From NCBI GenBank assembly GCA_019136545.1, contig JAGVUA010000049.1, forward strand, positions 1,096 through 65,095: a stretch of DNA of 64,000 nucleotides, in the 5' to 3' direction. The DNA comes from Betaproteobacteria bacterium. GTDB taxonomy: Bacteria; Pseudomonadota; Gammaproteobacteria; Burkholderiales; Rhodocyclaceae. The notes beneath the pieces were generated by a model. It worked only from the letters and a program-made list of their open reading frames with translations. It had not been told where the DNA came from and ran no database searches. Both the position numbers and the translations under genes were made by a program. Below are positions 45,214 to 53,631 of this stretch, in pieces (positions within the stretch are counted from its first letter, which is position 1; every line of letters begins with the position of its first letter).

Positions 45214-46419
45214 TCAATTCCACTCGAACAGCGGCAGCGTCACATCCGCCGCAGCGGACTGTTCAGGCCTTGCCTCCGCCTCGTTCGGCAGCGCATCGGC
45301 GTGGCACAGGCTGCCGGCGCGCACGCCGAGCAGGCGCAGCTTGCGGTCGAGCGGCACGCGCTTCAGGCACTGGCCGGCCGCGCGGCGGATTTCCCGCGCG
45401 TCGTCGGTGTGGGCGGGCAGCGTGATGGCGCGGGTGACGATCTTGAAGTCGTCGTAGCGCAGCTTCACCGCGATGTTGCGGCCGAAGTAGCGCTTGCGCT
45501 TGAGGTCGTCCGACAAGCGCTCGCATAGATCGGTGAAGATGCGGCCGAGCGCCTCGCGGTCGCGGCGCGGATGCAGGTCGCGCTCGAAAGTTGTTTCGCG
45601 GCTGATCGACACCGGCTCGCTGTGGGTGACGACGGGCCGCTCGTCGCGGCCCAGCGCGGCTTCGCGCAGCCAGCGGCCGTAGTGCGCGCCGAAGTGGTCG
45701 ACGAGCATCGCGGCGTCGCACTGCGCGAGCTCGCCGATGGTGCGGATGCCGAGCGCTTCGAGGCGCATCGACGCTTTCGGCCCGATGCCGTTGATGCGCC
45801 GCGCCGGCAACGGCCAGATGCGCGCCGGAATGTCGTCGATGGTGAGGATCGTCAGGCCGTCCGGTTTTTCGAGATCGGAGCAGAGCTTGGACAGCAGCTT
45901 GTTGGGCGTGATGCCGAGCGAGCAGCTGAGCCCCGTCGCCTCGCGCACCGCGGCCTTGATGCGCCGTCCCAGCGCGCGCACGTCGGCGAACGGATCGGCA
46001 TCGGTCGCTGCCTGCATGTCGGACACGTCGGTGAGATCGATGTAGATCTCGTCGATGCCGCGGTCCTCGATCAACGGCGCGATCCCGGCCACGGCGGCCT
46101 TGAAAAGCCGCGAGACCTTGCGGTATTCATCGAAGTCGGCGGGCAGCAGAATGGCGTCGGGCGCCCGCGCCGCCGCCTTCATGAGGCCCATGCCCGAATG
46201 CGCGCCGAGCGCGCGCGCCTCGTAGGTCGCGGTGGTGACGACGCCGCGGCCCGCATACTCGGCGAGACGCGCGAAGCGCCGCGTGCCGTCGGGCGCGACG
46301 GCCGGCCCGTGTATGCGGCGGTCGCCGACGACCATCGGCAGCCCGCGCAGTTCCGGGTAGCGCAGCAGTTCGACTGACGCGTAGAACGCGTCCATGTCCA
46401 GATGCGCGATCCATTTCAT
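45214..46419 (-). CDS. dinB: DNA polymerase IV (Y-family)
   Basis: MKWIAHLDMDAFYASVELL..., 401 aa, with the little-finger region present. Confidence 0.9.
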   Translation of the reverse strand: MKWIAHLDMDAFYASVELLRYPELRGLPMVVGDRRIHGPAVAPDGTRRFARLAEYAGRGVVTTATYEARALGAHSGMGLMKAAARAPDAILLPADFDEYRKVSRLFKAAVAGIAPLIEDRGIDEIYIDLTDVSDMQAATDADPFADVRALGRRIKAAVREATGLSCSLGITPNKLLSKLCSDLEKPDGLTILTIDDIPARIWPLPARRINGIGPKASMRLEALGIRTIGELAQCDAAMLVDHFGAHYGRWLREAALGRDERPVVTHSEPVSISRETTFERDLHPRRDREALGRIFTDLCERLSDDLKRKRYFGRNIAVKLRYDDFKIVTRAITLPAHTDDAREIRRAAGQCLKRVPLDRKLRLLGVRAGSLCHADALPNEAEARPEQSAAADVTLPLFEWN

Positions 46420-46477
46420 TTCCGCATTGTATGGAAGTCGGCCGGCGCGGATTTGCCAATCGGGCGCAAGCCGCGTA

Positions 46478-46499
46478 TAAATGACTCAATAGTCATTTA
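46478..46499. promoter_or_regulatory. Perfect 9-4-9 palindrome TAAATGACT-caat-AGTCATTTA; candidate TetR operator
   Basis: Lies 16 nt upstream of the TetR ATG (46515). Overlaps the TATAAA at 46476. Sits in the dinB/TetR divergent spacer. Confidence 0.5.
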
Positions 46500-46514
46500 C
46501 TTCAAGTCGAGCCC

Positions 46515-47168
46515 ATGCCGGTATCCCAAGCCCAGCCGCGCTGGCAGCGCCGCGCCGACGCCCGCCCGCAGGAACTGCTGGACGCGGCGCTGGCCGAGTT
46601 CGTCGAACGCGGCTACGCGGCGACGCGCCTGGAGGAAGTGGCGCGCCGCGCCGGCGTCGCCAAGGCGACGCTCTACCTGTACTACGAGAACAAGCTGGAG
46701 CTCTTCAAGGCCGTGGTGCGCCATTCGCTGGTGGCCGCCTTCGACGAACTGGCCAAGGAGCAGCGCGATGCGGCGACGAGCGCGCGCGCGCAGTTGACCA
46801 AGCTGCTCGCGGCCTTTGTGCACCGGGTTGCGGAGTCGCCGCTGTCGGGCCTGCCCAAGCTGGTGATCGCCGAGGCCAGCAATTTTCCCGACGTCGCGCG
46901 CTTCTACCATGACGAGATGATCCGCCGCGGGCGGGAGGTTTTTACCGGCGTGCTCGAGCGCGGCATCGCCAGCGGCGAGTTCAGGGCGGTCGATGTCGAC
47001 CACGCCTGGCGCATCGTCATCGCGCCGCTGCTGCTGTCGATCATCTGGAAACACAGTTTCGCGGCCTTCGAAGCCGCACCGCTCGATTTCGAGCGCCATC
47101 TCGACGCGCACCTCGACCTGCTTTTCAACGGCTTGGCGACGGACAGGCGAAAAAGGATACGACGATGA
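46515..47168 (+). CDS. TetR-family regulator (YbiH/CecR position)
   Basis: HTH ATRLEEVARRAGVAKATLYLYYENK. First gene of the TetR-HlyD-ABC-ABC2-ABC2 order. Confidence 0.85.
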   Translation: MPVSQAQPRWQRRADARPQELLDAALAEFVERGYAATRLEEVARRAGVAKATLYLYYENKLELFKAVVRHSLVAAFDELAKEQRDAATSARAQLTKLLAAFVHRVAESPLSGLPKLVIAEASNFPDVARFYHDEMIRRGREVFTGVLERGIASGEFRAVDVDHAWRIVIAPLLLSIIWKHSFAAFEAAPLDFERHLDAHLDLLFNGLATDRRKRIRR

Positions 47169-48187
47169 ACAAGAAACTGCTGCTGCTCCCCGTGGCGCTC
47201 GTCGCAACGGCGGCCGGTGCCTGGTGGGCGCTGCGCGACCACGGCCCGGCGCCAAGCGAACTCGTCCTTCACGGCAATATCGACATCCGCCAGGTCGAAC
47301 TGGCATTCAACGCCTCGGGCCGCATCGACGAGGTGCTGGTGCACGAAGGCGATCGCGTCGTCAAGGGCCAACTGCTGGCGAAGCTGGACACGACGCGGCT
47401 GCGGCTCAGTCTGGCGCAGGCCGAAGCACTCGCGGTGGCACAGAAAAATCAGGCGGCGAAACTCGAGGCCGGATTGCGGCCGGAGGAGATCAAGCAGGCC
47501 GCCGCGCAGCGCGAAGCGGCTCGGGCGGCGGCCGACGAAGCCCGCGGCGTCTACGACCGCCAGCGCGATCTGGTGGCGCGGCACTTCGTTTCCCAACAGC
47601 AGGCCGACAGCGCCAAGCACGCGCTCGACGGCGCGCTGGAGCGGCTGAAGTCGGCCGAGGAAGCCTATCGCCTCGCCGTGCTCGGTCCGCGCCGCGAGGA
47701 CGTGGCGAGCGCGCAGGCGAGTTTTGCCGCGCAGGATGCGGCGGTTGCCGGCCTCAAGCGCGACATCGCCGAAGGCGAACTGCGCGCGCCCGACGCCGGC
47801 GTCATCGAAAACCGGGTCCTCGAGCCAGGCGACATGGCCTCGCCGCAGAAAACGGCGCTGACGCTGGCGCTCACCGATCCGGTCTGGGCGCGCGTTTTTC
47901 TGCCCGAAGCGGCGCTCGGCCGCGTGCCGGCCGGCGCCCGGGCGACGATCGCCACCGACAGCCATCCGGATCGCCGCTACGCCGCCTGGGTCGGCTATGT
48001 CGCGCCGAGCGCGGAGTTCACACCCAAGGCGGTGGAGACTGCCGAGTTGCGCACCAGCCTCGTCTACCAGGCGCGCGTGTTTGCCTGTGCAGGCCAGGGC
48101 GAGTTGCGCCAGGGCATGCCGGTGACCGTCACCATTGCCTACGACCAGCCGGCAGCCAGCAATTCGCCCTGCGACAAAAGCAGATGA
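47165..48187 (+). CDS. ybhG: HlyD-family membrane fusion protein, YbhG-like
   Basis: ATGA overlap. LVLHGNIDIRQVELAFNASGRIDEVLVHEGDRVVKGQLLAKLD parallels the E. coli YbhG N-terminus as I recall it. Confidence 0.75.
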   Translation: MNKKLLLLPVALVATAAGAWWALRDHGPAPSELVLHGNIDIRQVELAFNASGRIDEVLVHEGDRVVKGQLLAKLDTTRLRLSLAQAEALAVAQKNQAAKLEAGLRPEEIKQAAAQREAARAAADEARGVYDRQRDLVARHFVSQQQADSAKHALDGALERLKSAEEAYRLAVLGPRREDVASAQASFAAQDAAVAGLKRDIAEGELRAPDAGVIENRVLEPGDMASPQKTALTLALTDPVWARVFLPEAALGRVPAGARATIATDSHPDRRYAAWVGYVAPSAEFTPKAVETAELRTSLVYQARVFACAGQGELRQGMPVTVTIAYDQPAASNSPCDKSR

Positions 48188-48228
48188 GCGCCCCGCAGGG
48201 CCACCCCAAGGGGCGCCAGCCACAATCC

Positions 48229-48296
48229 GGAGCCGCGCAGCGGCGAACTACCGTCACCCCCTCCCTTGGCGAGGGGGCTGGGGGGAGGGTCGTCCA
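48229..48296 (+). repeat. C-run/G-run ~70-nt element, copy A, directly upstream of the ybhF-like GTG
   Basis: ...CCGTCACCCCCTCCCTTGGCGAGGGGGCTGGGGGGAGGGTCGTCCA-GTG. Hairpin CCCCCTC/GAGGGGG (48257-63 / 48271-77). Confidence 0.7.
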
Positions 48297-50042
48297 GTGA
48301 GCGAAGCGATCCTCGCGGCCGAGGGACTGTCGAAATCCTTCGGCGCCGAAGCGAAGCGTGTGACGGCGCTCGACCAGGTGAGCCTGCGCGCGCGCGCCGG
48401 CGTCGTCACCGGGCTGATCGGCCCCGACGCCGCCGGCAAGACGACTTTCATGCGGCTCGCCGCCGGCCTGCTCACTCCGGACGCGGGCCGCATTGCGGTG
48501 CTCGGCCTCGACGCCACGCGCGATGCGCTCAAGGTGCAGGCGCTGCTTGGCTACATGCCGCAGCGCTTCGGCCTTTACGAAGACTTGAGCGTGCAGGAAA
48601 ACCTCGACCTTTACGCCGACCTGCAGGGCGTGCCGCGCGCTGATCGCGCGCCGCGCTATGCCGAACTCATGCACATGACCGGCCTCGCGCCTTTCATGCA
48701 GCGGCTGGCCGGCCGCTTGTCGGGCGGCATGAAGCAGAAGCTCGGCCTGGCCTGCACGCTGGTACGTGCGCCGCGCCTCCTGCTGCTCGACGAGCCGACC
48801 GTGGGCGTGGACCCGGTATCGCGACGCGAGTTGTGGGCCATCGTCGATCGGCTGGTGCGCGCCGAGGGCATGAGCGTGCTGCTGTCCACCGCCTACCTCG
48901 ACGAAGCCGAGCGCTGCGCCGAGGTGATTCTGCTGCACGAAGGCCGCGTGCTCGATCAGGGCCCGCCGGCGAAAGTCAGCGCGCGCACCACGGGTCGCGT
49001 CTGGGCGGTCACGCGGCCGGGTACGCGCAGCCGCGACCTGCAGGCGCAGCTCGAGGGCCGGCCAGGCATCGTCGACGCGCTGGTGCAAGGCGAGCACGTG
49101 CGGGTGGTGACTGCCGCGGCCGAGTTGCCGGCTGCGATCGTTGATGACAAAAGCATTGTCGTTCGCGCCGTGCCGCCGCGCTTCGAAGACGGCTTCATCG
49201 ACATGCTGCGCAGCCGCCAGCCGGCCGCGCAGCACGGCACGGCCGCCGCCGCCGCCGCCGATGCCGCGCCGCCGCGCACGGACAATCACGACATCGTGAT
49301 CCGCGTCGAAGGCGTGCGGCGGCGCTTCGGCGATTTCTGGGCGGTGGACGGCGTCGATTTCCAGATCCGGCGCGGCGAAATCTTCGGCCTGCTCGGCGCC
49401 AACGGCGCCGGCAAGACGACGACTTTCCGCATGCTTTGCGGGCTGCTGCCCGCGACGGCCGGCCGTCTCGAAGTCGCCGGGCTCGATTTGCGCCACGCGG
49501 CGGCGGCGGCACGCCAGCGCGTCGGCTACATGTCGCAGAAGTTCTCGCTCTACGGGATTCTGTCCGTGGCCCAGAACCTGGACTTCTTCGCCAGCGCCTA
49601 CGGCCTGAATGGCGCCGCCCGGCGCACGCGCATCGACTGGGCGCTGACGGAATTCGAACTGGCGGAGTTCGCCGAGCAGGCGAGCGCCGATTTGCCGCTC
49701 GGCTTCAAGCAGCGCTTGGCGATGGCCTGCGCGCTGATGCACGAGCCGGAGATCATCTTCCTCGACGAACCGACTTCGGGCGTCGATCCGCTGGCGCGGC
49801 GCGAATTCTGGCAGCGCATCAATGCGCTGGCCCGGCGCGGCGTCACCGTGCTGGTGACGACGCATTTCATGGAAGAGGCGGAATATTGCGATCGGCTGGC
49901 GATCATGGCCGCCGGCAAGATTCTGGCGACCGACGAGCCGGCGGCAATCAAGGCGCGGGCGAGGAGCGCCGAACATCCCGAGCCGAGCATGGAGGACGCG
50001 TTCATCGGGCTGATCGAGCGCGCAGCGGGGAGCTCCGCATGA
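48297..50042 (+). CDS. ybhF: Double-cassette ABC ATPase, YbhF-like
   Basis: GTG 48297 lies 7 nt after GGAGGG. Two Walker A sites (GPDAAGKTT, GANGAGKTT) and two LSGGMKQ/LPLGFKQ signatures. Confidence 0.8.
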   Translation: MSEAILAAEGLSKSFGAEAKRVTALDQVSLRARAGVVTGLIGPDAAGKTTFMRLAAGLLTPDAGRIAVLGLDATRDALKVQALLGYMPQRFGLYEDLSVQENLDLYADLQGVPRADRAPRYAELMHMTGLAPFMQRLAGRLSGGMKQKLGLACTLVRAPRLLLLDEPTVGVDPVSRRELWAIVDRLVRAEGMSVLLSTAYLDEAERCAEVILLHEGRVLDQGPPAKVSARTTGRVWAVTRPGTRSRDLQAQLEGRPGIVDALVQGEHVRVVTAAAELPAAIVDDKSIVVRAVPPRFEDGFIDMLRSRQPAAQHGTAAAAAADAAPPRTDNHDIVIRVEGVRRRFGDFWAVDGVDFQIRRGEIFGLLGANGAGKTTTFRMLCGLLPATAGRLEVAGLDLRHAAAAARQRVGYMSQKFSLYGILSVAQNLDFFASAYGLNGAARRTRIDWALTEFELAEFAEQASADLPLGFKQRLAMACALMHEPEIIFLDEPTSGVDPLARREFWQRINALARRGVTVLVTTHFMEEAEYCDRLAIMAAGKILATDEPAAIKARARSAEHPEPSMEDAFIGLIERAAGSSA

Positions 50043-51172
50043 GCCCGGCGCGCGGCGGCGCGGCGATGCGGCTTTCCGGGCTCCTGCGCAAGGAGTTCCT
50101 GCAGATCGTGCGCGACCCCAGCGGCATCGCCATCGCCTTCCTGATGCCGATCTTCCTGCTGGTGCTGTTCGGCTACGGCGTGTCGCTCGACGCCGATCAC
50201 GTGCCGGTGGCGCTGGTGGCCGACGCGCCGTCGCAGGACAGCGCCGATTTCCTGGCGGCGCTGCAGGGCTCGCACTACTTCGTCCCGCGCGTCGCCGGCT
50301 CCCTGCCCGAAGCGGAGCAGGCGCTGCGCGAGGGCGCGGTGAAGGGCATCATCCATCTCTCTGCCGATTTCTCGCGCCGGCTGCGGCAAGCCGACGGCGC
50401 GCCGATCCAGGTGCTGGTGAACGGCGTCGACGCCAACACGGCGCGCCTCGTCGAGGGTTACGTCACCGGCGCCTGGGGTGCCTGGCTGGCGGCGCAGTCG
50501 GCGCGGCGCGGGCAGAAGCTCGACATGCCGGTCGACCTGCAGCCGCGCATCTGGTTCAACAGCGAATTGAAGAGCCGCAACTACCTGGTGCCGGGCCTGG
50601 TCGCGATCATCATGACGCTGATCGGCGCGCTGCTGACGGCGCTGGTGATGGCGCGCGAGTGGGAGCGCGGCACCATGGAGGCGTTGATGGTGACGCCGGC
50701 TTCGATGAGCGAAGTGCTGCTGGGCAAGCTCGGCGCCTATTTCATCCTCGGCACCGGCGGCATGCTGCTCACGGTCGGCCTCGCCGTCTGGCTGTTCGGA
50801 GTGCCGCTGCGCGGCTCGTTCTGGCTGCTCTGGGGCTGCGCCAGCCTGTTCCTGCTGGCGGCGCTGGGCATGGGCCTGACGATCTCGACGCTGGCGCGCA
50901 GCCAGTTCGTCGCCGGCCAGATCGCCATCATCGCCACCTTCCTGCCGGCTTTCCTGCTCTCGGGGTTCATTTTCGACATCGGCAGCATGCCGGCGGTCGT
51001 ACAGGCGATTACGCACCTCATCGTCGCCCGCTACTTCGTCGCCATCGTCCAGACCCTGTTCCTGGCCGGCAACGTCTGGTCGGTGATCCTGCCCAACGCG
51101 GCGGCGCTGGCCTTGATGGCGGCGATCTTCCTGGGCATCACCTGGCGCAAGTCGAGAAAGCGGCTCGACTGA
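50039..51172 (+). CDS. ybhS: ABC-2 type permease, YbhS-like
   Basis: ATGA overlap. LLRKEFLQIVRDPSGIAIAFLMP. 377 aa. Confidence 0.8.
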   Translation: MSPARGGAAMRLSGLLRKEFLQIVRDPSGIAIAFLMPIFLLVLFGYGVSLDADHVPVALVADAPSQDSADFLAALQGSHYFVPRVAGSLPEAEQALREGAVKGIIHLSADFSRRLRQADGAPIQVLVNGVDANTARLVEGYVTGAWGAWLAAQSARRGQKLDMPVDLQPRIWFNSELKSRNYLVPGLVAIIMTLIGALLTALVMAREWERGTMEALMVTPASMSEVLLGKLGAYFILGTGGMLLTVGLAVWLFGVPLRGSFWLLWGCASLFLLAALGMGLTISTLARSQFVAGQIAIIATFLPAFLLSGFIFDIGSMPAVVQAITHLIVARYFVAIVQTLFLAGNVWSVILPNAAALALMAAIFLGITWRKSRKRLD

Positions 51173-52281
51173 TGTGGCGGCGCATCCTCGCTCTCGTCCG
51201 CAAGGAATTCCTGGCGTTGCTGCGCGACCCGAAGAGCCGCATCGTGCTGATCGGGCCGCCACTGATCCAGTTGCTGGTGTTCGGCTACGCGGCCACTTTC
51301 GACTTGCAGGAAGTGCCCTACGCGGTCTACAACGAGGATCGCGGCGCGGCGGCGCGCGATCTGCTGGCCGCCTTCGCCGGCGCGCCGAGTTTCCAGAAGG
51401 TGGCCGATCTGCATGCCGAGGCGGAAATCGCGCCGCTGGTCGATGCGCGCCGCGCGCTGGTCGTGGTGCATATCGGCCCGCGCTTCACGGCGGACCTGCT
51501 GGCCGGCCGGCCGGCGCCGCTGCAAGTGATCATCGACGGCCGCAATTCCAACACCGCCATGGTCGCGCAGAACTACGTGCGCAGCATCGTCGATCGCTAC
51601 AACGACGGCTGGATCGCCGCCCGCGACCGGCAGGGGCCGCCGGCGCGGCTGGTGATGCGCGCCTGGTTCAACCCGAATCTCGAAAGCCGCTGGTTCTTCA
51701 TCCCCGGCATCATCGGCATGCTGACGCTGGTCGTGACCATGCTGGTGACGGCGCTGACGGTGGCGCGCGAGCGCGAGCAGGGCACTTTCGACCAACTGCT
51801 GGTGACGCCGCTCAGGCCCGACGAGATGCTGCTCGGCAAGATGGTGCCGGGCTTCGTGATCGGCTTCGTCCAGGCGACCGCGATCCTGCTGGTGGCGACG
51901 CTCTGGTTCCGCGTGCCTTTCCTCGGCAGTCTGCCGGCCTTCTACGTCGGACTGGCGCTGTTCCTGCTTTCCAGCGTCGGCGCCGGCCTCTTGATTTCCG
52001 CGCTGTCGGCGACGCAGCAGCAGGGTCTGCTCGGCGCCTTCGTGTTCATGGTGCCGGCCGTGATCCTGTCCGGCTTCGCCACGCCGATCGAGAACATGCC
52101 GGCCTTCGTGCAGACGCTGACGTTGATCGATCCGCTGCGCTACTTCCTGGTCGTCCTGCGCAAGGTATTTCTCGAAGGCGCGGGTTTCGCGCTGCTCGTC
52201 GACCAGTTCTGGCCCATGGCGCTGATCGGCGTGGTCACGCTGGTGCTGGCCGGCTGGCTGTTCCGCCACCGCATGTACTGA
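51172..52281 (+). CDS. ybhR: ABC-2 type permease, YbhR-like
   Basis: TGATG overlap. LVRKEFLALLRDPKSRIVLIGPP. 369 aa. Confidence 0.8.
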   Translation: MWRRILALVRKEFLALLRDPKSRIVLIGPPLIQLLVFGYAATFDLQEVPYAVYNEDRGAAARDLLAAFAGAPSFQKVADLHAEAEIAPLVDARRALVVVHIGPRFTADLLAGRPAPLQVIIDGRNSNTAMVAQNYVRSIVDRYNDGWIAARDRQGPPARLVMRAWFNPNLESRWFFIPGIIGMLTLVVTMLVTALTVAREREQGTFDQLLVTPLRPDEMLLGKMVPGFVIGFVQATAILLVATLWFRVPFLGSLPAFYVGLALFLLSSVGAGLLISALSATQQQGLLGAFVFMVPAVILSGFATPIENMPAFVQTLTLIDPLRYFLVVLRKVFLEGAGFALLVDQFWPMALIGVVTLVLAGWLFRHRMY

Positions 52282-52293
52282 AGCGGCCGTTGC

Positions 52294-52319
52294 GAAAGTC
52301 AGCCGCGGCGGTACGCCGC
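52294..52319 (+). repeat. GAAAGTCAGCC-hairpin element, copy 7
   Basis: GAAAGTCAGCCGCGGCGGTACGCCGC, 12 nt after the ybhR-like stop. Identical to copy 8. Confidence 0.85.
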
Positions 52320-52321
52320 TT

Positions 52322-52798
52322 CTATTGCGGACTGGCGGGCGCCGGCGCCGCGGGCGTTGCCGGGGCGGCCGCCGCCGGGCTAGCGGGAGCGGGCGTCACT
52401 GGGGTGAGCGGCGGCGCGACCTTGACCGGGGCGGGCGAGGTGGGCTGTTCATCCAGCGCGCGCGCGCCGTTGACGAAGTACTCGGTCTCGCCGAAGCAAG
52501 AAGTCGGAATGAACTTGTGCTGGGCATAAGACAGCACGATGCGCTTGCCGGCCAGTGCGTTGATCTGCTGCGCGACGGCGTCGTCGCGGACCGTGAACTC
52601 GAACCTGTCCGGGATTGCGCCGGGCATGGTCACCATGGCGATTTCCCCTTCCCAGGTCTTGCACAGCCAGCCCTTGCGCGAGAACTTCTGCACGTAGCCG
52701 GCGCGCTCGCCTTCCGAATAGCTCCAGGTCAGAGTCAACCAGACCCAGCCGACGGCGGCCAGCAGCACCAGGCCGAGGAATATGAAGAAAGCGCGCAT
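52322..52798 (-). CDS. Hypothetical N-terminally anchored protein with Pro/Ala-rich C-terminal tail
   Basis: TM helix MRAFFIFLGLVLLAAVGWVWL. A globular ~100-aa core. Tail PAPVKVAPPLTPVTPAPASPAAAAPATPAAPAPASPQ. No family recognised. Confidence 0.5.
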   Translation of the reverse strand: MRAFFIFLGLVLLAAVGWVWLTLTWSYSEGERAGYVQKFSRKGWLCKTWEGEIAMVTMPGAIPDRFEFTVRDDAVAQQINALAGKRIVLSYAQHKFIPTSCFGETEYFVNGARALDEQPTSPAPVKVAPPLTPVTPAPASPAAAAPATPAAPAPASPQ

Positions 52799-52843
52799 GT
52801 AGGTTGCTCCGGTTACGTTGCCGCGACTTTACCGCAAGCCGCT

Positions 52844-53542
52844 TCAGCCGCCAAAGCGCCGCAGACCGGGAAGATCGAGAATGGTGATGCTGCCGTAATC
52901 GACCCGCAGATAGCCGGCGAACTGCAGAACCTTGAGCGAGCGATTGACGCGCTGCCGCGAAACGCCGGTCAGATAGCCGATCTCCTCCTGCGATACCTGC
53001 AATTGCCGTCCGAGGCCCGGGTAAAGCACCGGGTTGAACAGCGTGGCGAGGCAGCGGGCGACGCGGGCATCGGTGTCGAGCAGGCGTTCCGATTCGAGCA
53101 GGCCGATGAACTGGCCGAGCCGCTCGTTGAGCTGAACCACCACGTAGCGATTGAAGCTGATGCTGTGGTCGAGCAGCCACTGAAATGTCTCGCGGCGCAT
53201 GTAGGCGACGCGCGAGTCGCGCAGCGCGACCACGTCGTATCGCCGCGGTTCGGTCTTGAGCAGCGAGCCTTCGCCAAACCAGCCGCCCGGCGCCAAGCCC
53301 GTGAGGGTGGCAGTCTTGCCGCTGTCGAGGTCGGTGCTCATCTTGGCCAGGCCGTCGATCAGGCCCACCCAGTACTCCACCGCCTCGCCCTTGCGACAGA
53401 TGAAGCCCCCCTGCGAAATCCTGCGCTCGAATACCCCGGCCTCGACACGGGCGAACTCCGTGTCGCTGAGATCGCAGGCCCAGCGGTAGTCGCGCAACGC
53501 TTCGCCCAGGGTCGGCGGGTTTTTGGGGCAATTGTCGGCCAC
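52844..53542 (-). CDS. Crp/Fnr-family transcriptional regulator (no FNR-type Cys cluster)
   Basis: cNMP-type beta-roll ...GGWFGEGSLL...; HTH SQEEIGYLTGVSRQRVNRSLKVLQ. GTG 53542 gives 232 aa. The upstream ATG 53629 would run into the divergent gene. Confidence 0.7.
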   Translation of the reverse strand: MADNCPKNPPTLGEALRDYRWACDLSDTEFARVEAGVFERRISQGGFICRKGEAVEYWVGLIDGLAKMSTDLDSGKTATLTGLAPGGWFGEGSLLKTEPRRYDVVALRDSRVAYMRRETFQWLLDHSISFNRYVVVQLNERLGQFIGLLESERLLDTDARVARCLATLFNPVLYPGLGRQLQVSQEEIGYLTGVSRQRVNRSLKVLQFAGYLRVDYGSITILDLPGLRRFGG

Positions 53543-53552
53543 GCGACAATTG
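53529..53552. promoter_or_regulatory. Perfect 9-6-9 palindrome CAATTGTCG-gccacg-CGACAATTG; candidate Crp-family operator
   Basis: The core TGTCG-N6-CGACA has CRP-like spacing. The spacer contains the putative GTG start of the regulator. A third half-site-like word, CTACAATG, is at 53567. Confidence 0.45.
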
Positions 53553-53631
53553 TAGGACGATCGGGAGCTACAATGAATCCCAGATAGACCGCGCGGATTC
53601 GACCAAAAGCGGCTGGCTGGAGGAGACATCG

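Noticed and set aside
46420-46514. LexA/SOS box upstream of dinB
   Set aside because: No CTGT-N8-ACAG-type motif is present in the spacer. The absence is noted in a finding rather than called as a feature.
48971-48994. Weaker matches to the repeat word: GAAAGTCAGCG in the ybhF-like gene (48971), GCAAAGTCAGTCG at 60965, GAAAGTCAGGCG in cusA (36220) and GTAAGTCAGCCC at 23039
   Set aside because: These match at only 9-10 of 11 word positions and have a poor or shifted hairpin. By eye I cannot distinguish them from chance or ancient decay, so I did not call them as features.
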